This document shows, piece after piece, positions 58,301-64,000 of a stretch of 64,000 bases of DNA. The stretch covers positions 35,000 to 98,999 of the forward strand of contig JAWOIF010000157.1 in NCBI GenBank assembly GCA_046484805.1, in the 5' to 3' direction. A program made the position numbers and the translations under genes. This stretch comes from Bacteroidales bacterium. GTDB lineage: Bacteria > Bacteroidota > Bacteroidia > Bacteroidales > VadinHA17. The stretch's first letter is position 1; the number at the start of each line of letters is the position of its first letter. The notes under the pieces are model-generated. The model was given only the letters and a program-made list of their open reading frames with translations, did no database searches and was not told where the DNA came from.

Positions 58301-58502
58301 ACGTGCGCATTTCTACGCACCCTATAAGAAGCTGGGTAATTTGAAAATAGACACTCTGTGGTTTAATATCATGGCCTTGTGGCTTATGTCAGGAATATTT
58401 TTTATAACACTCTATTATAATCTGTTGAGAAAACTTATCGATTTGACAGAGTCATTTCATATACCGGTTTTCAGAAAATTTGCCTCCCACCTGAGAGCCT
58501 GA
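55389..58502 (+). CDS. ABC-G-like transporter (NBD then ABC-2 permease) with large N- and C-terminal extensions
   Basis: I prefer the ATG at 55389, because the track's TTG at 55344 lies inside the upstream terminator. Walker A (GGSGVGKTT), signature (VSGGQRKR) and Walker B (LFVDEPTSGL) are present. The NBD is followed by a multi-TM ABC-2-type domain, and a final TM helix sits at the C-terminus. Confidence 0.85.
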   Translation: MRDSVLLALIHIFAIISTVKPGSVTARGRKILRSYLRRYLNRELEEKYYEMFESNLDFYASELKTIDEQDLFDDNSLITFQITNICRQIKKGLLLDERMVVFLQLLEFAFEDRVVTSQERIIIDIVARTFNIPPAEFENAYAFMIGGDFDKVAPSNMLLIEGIGDQNVDSKPQFKNFHLWNHMKVKGFSGSLYLLLIESTGSILLTYEGNQELYFKGRDIIPYRAYLLDRGVNIKGPGIEPIYYSKVYKSFIVGKFAHKVVFEGHGIEYRFRGSVYGLRNMSFSVESGNLVGIMGGSGVGKTTLLKVLNGKFSPSSGNVYINGYDLHNESDALAGLIGYVPQDDLLIEELTVYQNLYYNARLCFGDFSEEQLKDVVDKVLADLELSEIRDLQVGDVLSKKVSGGQRKRLNIGLELMREPAVLFVDEPTSGLSSHDSEKVMVLLKNLALKGRLVFAIIHQPSSDILKLFDRLWLLDKGGYMIYDGDPVDSLVYFKSEVSQANAGESECPNCGNVETESILQIVEARVIDNEGYPAKARQIQPEEWYSKYLAKMQVIPAPDPSRIPLPPSNFKVPRKLNQVRTFVKRNFTRKRADSQYMTINLVEAPLLAFILGYFSKYLTAGGYIFSANRNLLVFLFMSVIVAVFIGLTVSAEEIFRDRKVLERERYLNISRLAYLVSKVNFLFVLSAIQTLSYVVVAHLILEINGMLLSHWLIIFSAACYGNMMGLNISAGMRSAISIYILIPLLLVPQLLFGGAMIRFDDLHKSISSKVYVPVIGDIMGTRWAYEALMVEQFRSNHYQKPFFETEMAISQNDWHASFLLPALKTKIEECRVAGDREEYRMHAEKNFRQLNYHFNQLSEQTGIVPGDWIAKLNRSDFDENTASLATRHADSLRLWYRAEWTKNVIERDAIVESLLEAGGREALVTIRENNHNESIADFVLNRNYVEKIYETDDRIIQKADPAYMEPMSNWGRAHFYAPYKKLGNLKIDTLWFNIMALWLMSGIFFITLYYNLLRKLIDLTESFHIPVFRKFASHLRA

Positions 58503-58541
58503 ACCTGAGTAGAAGAGATTGCAACCACTATATTTGTCCTG

Positions 58542-59357
58542 ATGATGACAGTGATTAAGCCAAAGAAGAGCCTGGGTCAACACTTTCTGAAGGACAGGAA
58601 TGTCGCTGCCCGTATAGCCGGCACACTTACCGGAGAGGGTTATGACAGTGTAATAGAGGTTGGACCAGGGATGGGAATACTGACCCATTTCCTGTTGGAA
58701 CGGAATTTTCCCCGGTTCGTAGCAGCTGAAATAGACAGGGAGTCGACAGAGTATCTTCGGCAAAGATTTGGCAACAGTCTGGAGCTGATTGAGGGAGATT
58801 TTCTCAGACTTAGTCTTGATGAATTGTTCGCCAACAAGTTTGCCATAACCGGAAACTTCCCCTACAACATTTCCAGTCAGATCTTCTTCAAGGCCCTTGA
58901 GTACAGGCACAAAGTAGCCGAAGTCACAGGCATGATACAGAAGGAGGTAGCCGACAGAATCCACTCCGGCCCGGGTTCGAAAAGGTATGGTATCCTTAGC
59001 GTTCTTTTGCAGGCGTGGTTTAAGACAGAGGTGTTATTTACTGTTCCGCCACATCTTTTCATACCTCCCCCGAAGGTTAATTCTGCGGTCATCAGGCTTA
59101 CCAGAAACAGTGTTACTAATCTAGAGTGTGATGAGGAACTATTCTTCAGCGTGGTAAAGCAGGCCTTCAACCAGCGGAGAAAGACCCTGAGGAACTCTCT
59201 CAAAGTGAAATTCACGTTAAAAGAAATAGATGATAAACTATTGAATCTCAGAGCCGAACAACTTGAAGTCGGTTCTTTTGTGGAGATAACCAGAATAATA
59301 AAAACAAACCTGGATAATGACATTAAGAAGAGAAATAAGCAGGGACTTTCTGAATGA
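58542..59357 (+). CDS. rsmA: 16S rRNA (adenine1518/1519-N6)-dimethyltransferase
   Basis: 271 aa. Contains KKSLGQHFL, the SAM motif (VIEVGPGMGILT) and NFPYNISS. Confidence 0.95.
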   Translation: MMTVIKPKKSLGQHFLKDRNVAARIAGTLTGEGYDSVIEVGPGMGILTHFLLERNFPRFVAAEIDRESTEYLRQRFGNSLELIEGDFLRLSLDELFANKFAITGNFPYNISSQIFFKALEYRHKVAEVTGMIQKEVADRIHSGPGSKRYGILSVLLQAWFKTEVLFTVPPHLFIPPPKVNSAVIRLTRNSVTNLECDEELFFSVVKQAFNQRRKTLRNSLKVKFTLKEIDDKLLNLRAEQLEVGSFVEITRIIKTNLDNDIKKRNKQGLSE

Positions 59358-60684
59358 ATTGCGAAGTGCAATAGCATCGGGAGATGAAAAGAAGGCCCAG
59401 TTGATGATGGAGGGCCTTCATGCCGCTGACATAGCTGATATCTATGATGAGATTTCCACTGAAGAGGCCCGCTTCCTTTATCTGTCGCTTGATTCCGAAA
59501 GAGCTGCCGATACGATTGCCGAACTTGATGAGGACGACAGGGAGGAGTTCCTCGAGAATATTCCGAGTGAAGTAATTGCACAACAGTTCATCAATGAAAT
59601 GGATACCGATGATGCTGCAGATGTAATTGCAGATATGTCGGAAAAGAAGAAGCAGGAGGTTCTCAGGCACATTGAGGACATTGATCATTCAGGCGATATT
59701 GTAGACCTGCTGTCATATGATGAGGATACTGCCGGTGGTCTGATGGCCAAGGAGCTCGTAGTGGTGAATCAGAACTGGACAGTACTGACATGCCTGAAAG
59801 AGCTGGGGCGGCAGGCTGATGAAGTTGACGAGGTATACTACCTGTATGTTGTTGATGATGACAATATTCTTAAAGGTCTGGTTTCGTTGAAAGATCTTGC
59901 TATCAGCAAAAACTCCACGATAATCAATAAGATTGTAGAGAAGGATATCTATTATGCAACAGTGGATGAAGATGCTGAAGAGGTTGCTCAGATGATGCAG
60001 AAATACGACCTGGTTGCGATACCGGTTGTTGATGCAATTGGTCGTCTGGTTGGCCGAATCACGATCGATGATGTGGTTGACGTGATACGTGAGGAGGCTG
60101 AACGTGACTATCAGCTGGCTTCCGGTCTTACTGAAGATGTTGAGTACTCTGATAATATCTACCGTAATGCCAGGGCGAGGCTGCCCTGGCTGGTAATAGG
60201 TTTAGCCGGCGGTATATTTGGCGCCCTCATTCTTGGCCGGTTTGAAAGCAGCCTCAGAATCTACCCGGAAATGGTTTTTTTCATACCCCTTATTGCTGCA
60301 ATGGGAGGTAATGTGGGTATTCAGTCATCTGCAATTATAGTGCAGGGCCTTGCCAACAACACACTAAGGCTCGACAGTTTTGTAACAAAACTAAGTAAGG
60401 ACTTTATGGTAGCTATGATAAATGCCGTGATACTGTCAGGATTGATTTTTGGTTATAATTTTCTTGTAAGTGATTCATTCGCACTAACCATAACAGTAAG
60501 TGCGGCTCTGATGGCCGTGATAATATTTGCATCGATGTTCGGCACAATAATACCGATAATGCTTAACAGGTTTGGTGCAGACCCTGCACTGGCTACAGGC
60601 CCTTTTATCACTACTTCAAACGATATAATGGGACTGCTTATCTATATGCTGGTGGGCCGTTTGTTATATGGTGTATTTGCCTGA
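59317..60684 (+). CDS. mgtE: Magnesium transporter MgtE
   Basis: 455 aa. Contains an MgtE-N domain (LHAADIADIYDE), tandem CBS domains and a C-terminal TM domain (GGNVGIQSS...). The ATG at 59317 overlaps rsmA by 41 nt. Confidence 0.93.
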   Translation: MTLRREISRDFLNELRSAIASGDEKKAQLMMEGLHAADIADIYDEISTEEARFLYLSLDSERAADTIAELDEDDREEFLENIPSEVIAQQFINEMDTDDAADVIADMSEKKKQEVLRHIEDIDHSGDIVDLLSYDEDTAGGLMAKELVVVNQNWTVLTCLKELGRQADEVDEVYYLYVVDDDNILKGLVSLKDLAISKNSTIINKIVEKDIYYATVDEDAEEVAQMMQKYDLVAIPVVDAIGRLVGRITIDDVVDVIREEAERDYQLASGLTEDVEYSDNIYRNARARLPWLVIGLAGGIFGALILGRFESSLRIYPEMVFFIPLIAAMGGNVGIQSSAIIVQGLANNTLRLDSFVTKLSKDFMVAMINAVILSGLIFGYNFLVSDSFALTITVSAALMAVIIFASMFGTIIPIMLNRFGADPALATGPFITTSNDIMGLLIYMLVGRLLYGVFA

Positions 60685-60780
60685 CTATTTAGAAGGTTTT
60701 TATTCATCTAATTCCAATAAAAATATCTATTTTTACGCGGCTTTTAAGTCAGGGGATTCTTATACCGTAATTTGCAGATA

Positions 60781-62304
60781 ATGAATGATAAAAAAATCAA
60801 GAGTGCACTAATCTCAGTATATCATAAGGAAGGTCTCGAACCTGTTGTACGGAGACTGGCAGAACTTGATGTCAGGATTTATTCTACGGGTGGGACATAT
60901 GATTTTATAATAGGCCTTGGAGTTAATGCGGAGGCGGTTGAGACTCTTACTTCATACCCTTCAATCCTTGGAGGAAGGGTCAAGACCCTACACCCGCGGA
61001 TCTTTGGAGGTATCCTCGGAAGACGCGGTAATCAGTCTGATATAGAACAAATGAGCCAGTATCAGATACCCGAGATAGATCTGGTTATTGTCGACCTTTA
61101 TCCGTTTTCTGAGACAGTCAGATCACAAGCCACTCAACAGCAGATAATTGAGAAGATAGACATAGGCGGTATATCGCTCATCAGGGCTGCAGCAAAAAAC
61201 TTCAACGATGTACTGGTGGTAGCCGGTTCACATATGTACACTAACCTTCTGGATATTCTTGAAAGCAGCAACGGATTTTGTTCGATTGATAAGAGGAAGC
61301 TTTTCGCTACCGATGCCTTCAGGGTAACCTCGGGTTATGATACTGATATTTTCAACTACTTCAATAAGCCCAGTGAGTTGAATGCCCTTCGCATCAGTGC
61401 TGATTACAATCTGCCTCTGAGATATGGTGAGAATCCTCATCAGAAAGCAACTTTTTATGGAGATCTATCTGAACTGTTCGTGAAGCTGCACGGCCGGGAG
61501 ATCTCTTATAACAATCTGCTCGATATTGATGCTGCACTGAATTTCATAAGACTGTTCGAAGATCCGACGGTCGCAATCATCAAGCATAACAATGCCTGTG
61601 GTCTTGCTTCAGGTTCTGATATTACAGTAGCATGGGCCAGGGCGCTGGCTGGTGATCCTCTGTCAGCCTTCGGGGGCATCATTGCCACCAACAGGCAGAT
61701 AGACATGGAGACTGCCTCTGAAATCAATAAAATATTCTTTGAGGTGCTAATTGCTCCGGGTTTTGCTCCCGAAGCTCTCACCCTTTTCTCAAAGAAAAAG
61801 AACAGAATCATCCTCGAGCTCAGGAAATATCCTGATACCGATACTTCATGCCGCTCTGCGCTTAATGGGTTTTTATGGCAGGAGACCGACAGATACCAGG
61901 TTTCCGGCTCCGAACAGAAATGCGTTACGGAAAGAGTTCCCTCTGAAGATGAGATGGCAGACCTCGACTTTGCAAACAGGATAGTAATGAATACTAAGTC
62001 GAATGCTATTGTGCTGGTTAGGGAGAGGCAGCTTATCGGCTCAGGAACAGGGCAAACATCAAGGGTAGATGCCGTTAAGCAGGCAATTGAAAAGGCACGC
62101 ATATTCGGCTTTGAAACATCAGGAGCAGTTATGGCATCTGATGCATTCTTCCCTTTCCCCGATAGTATCACTCTGGCTGCTGCTGCAGGAATCCGGGCTG
62201 TGGTACAGCCCGGAGGCTCGGTAAAAGATCAGGAGTCTGTAGATGAGTGTAACAGGAGTGGTTTAGCAATGATTTTTACGGGCATAAGACATTTCAGACA
62301 TTAG
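60781..62304 (+). CDS. purH: Bifunctional AICAR transformylase / IMP cyclohydrolase
   Basis: I prefer the ATG at 60781 (MNDKKIKSALISVYHKEGL) over the TTG at 60772. Contains an MGS-like N-domain, the GGRVKTLHP motif and a C-terminal AICARFT domain. Confidence 0.96.
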   Translation: MNDKKIKSALISVYHKEGLEPVVRRLAELDVRIYSTGGTYDFIIGLGVNAEAVETLTSYPSILGGRVKTLHPRIFGGILGRRGNQSDIEQMSQYQIPEIDLVIVDLYPFSETVRSQATQQQIIEKIDIGGISLIRAAAKNFNDVLVVAGSHMYTNLLDILESSNGFCSIDKRKLFATDAFRVTSGYDTDIFNYFNKPSELNALRISADYNLPLRYGENPHQKATFYGDLSELFVKLHGREISYNNLLDIDAALNFIRLFEDPTVAIIKHNNACGLASGSDITVAWARALAGDPLSAFGGIIATNRQIDMETASEINKIFFEVLIAPGFAPEALTLFSKKKNRIILELRKYPDTDTSCRSALNGFLWQETDRYQVSGSEQKCVTERVPSEDEMADLDFANRIVMNTKSNAIVLVRERQLIGSGTGQTSRVDAVKQAIEKARIFGFETSGAVMASDAFFPFPDSITLAAAAGIRAVVQPGGSVKDQESVDECNRSGLAMIFTGIRHFRH

Positions 62305-62329
62305 AATAATTAATAACTAAAATATACCG

Positions 62330-63352
62330 ATGGGCCTTTTTTCGTTTTTGACACAGGAGTTAGCCATTGATCTTGGCACTGCCAATACAATAATAATCCA
62401 TAATGACAAGGTGGTGGTTGACGAACCATCTATAGTCGCAATAGACAGGCATACCAATAAGTTAATCGCCATAGGTGAGGAAGCCAGGCAGATGCATGGT
62501 AAAACACATGAGAATATCCGCACGGTACGTCCCCTTCGTGATGGAGTCATTGCTGACTTCAATGCTGCCGAACAGATGATCAGGGGTATGATAAAGCTGA
62601 TCAACAAAGGGCCTCGTCTTTTTTCCCCCTCCCTGAAAATGGTTGTTTCCATTCCTTCGGGAAGTACCGAGGTTGAAATAAGGGCTGTACGTGATTCTTC
62701 TGAACATGCAGGAGGAAGGGATGTCTATATGATATATGAACCGATGGCTGCTGCAATAGGGATAGGTTTAGATGTCGAAGCACCTGACGGTTGCATGGTG
62801 GTTGATATCGGTGGCGGAACCACTGAAATTGCTGTTATTGCTTTGGGAGGTATAGTATGCAACAAGTCAATAAGAATAGCCGGTGACGGATTTACTGCCG
62901 ATATTCAGGCCTATATGAGGCACCAGCACAATGTAAAGATCGGTGACCGGACAGCTGAAGATATCAAGATTGCAGTTGGTGCTGCCTTGCCTGACCTTGA
63001 AAACCCGCCTTCCGACTACGTTGTGAGAGGACCAAATATTATGACCTCACTGCCTATAGAAATACCTGTTTCTTATCAGGAGATTGCCCACTGCCTCGAT
63101 AAATCACTATCTAAGATTGAAACTGCCATACTGGGGGTTCTTGAACAGACTCCTCCTGAACTCTATGCCGATATCGTTGCCAGGGGAATTTATCTGGCCG
63201 GTGGGGGTGCTCTTTTAAAAGGACTGGATAAAAGATTAACAGATAAGATCAATATACCCTTCAGGGTTGCTGAAGATCCGTTGCACTCCGTTGCACGGGG
63301 TACCGGTGTTGCACTTAAAAATGTTGACAAGTTTCAGTTCCTGATGAGGTAA
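62330..63352 (+). CDS. mreB: Rod shape-determining protein MreB
   Basis: 340 aa. Contains actin-fold motifs (DLGTANT, VVDIGGGTTE, GIYLAGGGALL). Confidence 0.97.
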   Translation: MGLFSFLTQELAIDLGTANTIIIHNDKVVVDEPSIVAIDRHTNKLIAIGEEARQMHGKTHENIRTVRPLRDGVIADFNAAEQMIRGMIKLINKGPRLFSPSLKMVVSIPSGSTEVEIRAVRDSSEHAGGRDVYMIYEPMAAAIGIGLDVEAPDGCMVVDIGGGTTEIAVIALGGIVCNKSIRIAGDGFTADIQAYMRHQHNVKIGDRTAEDIKIAVGAALPDLENPPSDYVVRGPNIMTSLPIEIPVSYQEIAHCLDKSLSKIETAILGVLEQTPPELYADIVARGIYLAGGGALLKGLDKRLTDKINIPFRVAEDPLHSVARGTGVALKNVDKFQFLMR

Positions 63353-63368
63353 TATACCCGGATGCTGG

Positions 63369-64000
63369 ATGAGGAACCTTCTTAATTTTCTCTCACGCTA
63401 TAGCAATGTTTTTATATTCCTGATTCTGGAAGCAGTATCGGTATGGCTTCTTGTTAATGCTGAGGGATATCAGTCGTCAAGGTTTCTGGGAGCCATGAGG
63501 GGTACGACTCATTACCTGGGGGTAAAGGTAAGCGGCATAACCGAATATGTTGGGTTGAGAGATGAGAACAGAAGGCTCGCTGCCGAGAATCTGGCACTAC
63601 TGCAAAATTTAGATGCAGTTAGAAAACACGAAAATCCTGCCTTACACACAAATACTATAGTCAGTTCTGAAAAGGAATTTACATATATTTCAGCCAGGAT
63701 TATCAATAATTCGGTAAACAAGCAACGGAACTTCATTTCGCTCGACAAGGGAAGAAATGATGGTATTGAACCTGAGATGGCTGTAACAGGTCCGGATGGA
63801 GTAGTAGGAATAGTAGTTTCGGTATCTGACAATTTTAGTTTTGTAATGTCGGTACTTAATCTCGATTTCAGGATGAGTGTCAGACTTAGGAAGAGTGGTT
63901 ATTTTGGTTCATTGAACTGGGACGGCTTGTCAGCGCGAAAAGCAAGGCTGTCGGAGATTCCATATCATGTCAGTGTGGCCTTTGGTGATACGATTGAAAC
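63369..64000 (+). CDS. mreC: Rod shape-determining protein MreC (3' end outside the window)
   Basis: Absent from the ORF track because it has no stop in the window. My own translation from ATG 63369 gives MRNLLNFLSRYSNVFIFLILEAVSVWLL...LRDENRRLAAENLAL...GIEPEMAVTGPDGVVGIV. This is the typical MreC layout, directly after mreB. Confidence 0.85.
   Translation, partial: MRNLLNFLSRYSNVFIFLILEAVSVWLLVNAEGYQSSRFLGAMRGTTHYLGVKVSGITEYVGLRDENRRLAAENLALLQNLDAVRKHENPALHTNTIVSSEKEFTYISARIINNSVNKQRNFISLDKGRNDGIEPEMAVTGPDGVVGIVVSVSDNFSFVMSVLNLDFRMSVRLRKSGYFGSLNWDGLSARKARLSEIPYHVSVAFGDTIE

Noticed and set aside
1-64000. Search for CRISPR arrays, IS elements/transposases, integrases, phage genes, rRNA, restriction-modification or other defence systems
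   Set aside because: I found no direct-repeat/spacer arrays, no DDE or tyrosine-recombinase-like ORFs and no rRNA-like sequence. The only conflict-system genes recognised are in the RHS islet.

Overview
This 64-kb chromosomal segment reads as Bacteroidota. Support: TAnnTTTG/TTTG promoter boxes, a T9SS C-terminal sorting domain, GH97/GH57/GT3-type glycan enzymes and many lipobox lipoproteins. I call about 48 protein-coding genes and one tRNA-Leu(TAG). I saw no rRNA, CRISPR array, IS element, integrase or phage genes. Most of the window is housekeeping. It holds a glycogen locus: GH133-type debranching enzyme, GT4, GH57, a 1,411-aa GT3 synthase::GT35 phosphorylase fusion, and a convergent GH13 branching enzyme. 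Other core genes are ribF, ahcY, greA, HIT, comF, ruvC, an S41 peptidase, serS, rplU-rpmA, a nucleoside transporter, GH97, thyA-folA, tig-clpP-clpX, tatC-lptB, recQ, carB / argR-argG-argH / carA, a large ABC-G-like transporter, rsmA, mgtE, purH and mreBC. The only clearly accessory region is an AT-rich islet of about 7.6 kb (about 29.86-37.41 kb). It sits between convergent core genes and is bracketed by inverted copies of one hairpin element. It encodes four things: (i) a small protein made of a signal peptide, a single YD repeat and a T9SS C-terminal domain; (ii) a 1,934-aa Sec-signal SpvB/FG-GAP/RHS cocoon protein whose 228-aa C-terminal toxin module I cannot assign to a family; (iii) a tightly coupled putative immunity protein; (iv) a small ORF broken at a homopolymer. 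The most interesting hypothesis is that the small YD+CTD protein supplies a T9SS sorting signal in trans for the RHS toxin, which cannot carry a C-terminal CTD itself. All family assignments come from reading motifs by eye. No database search was run.
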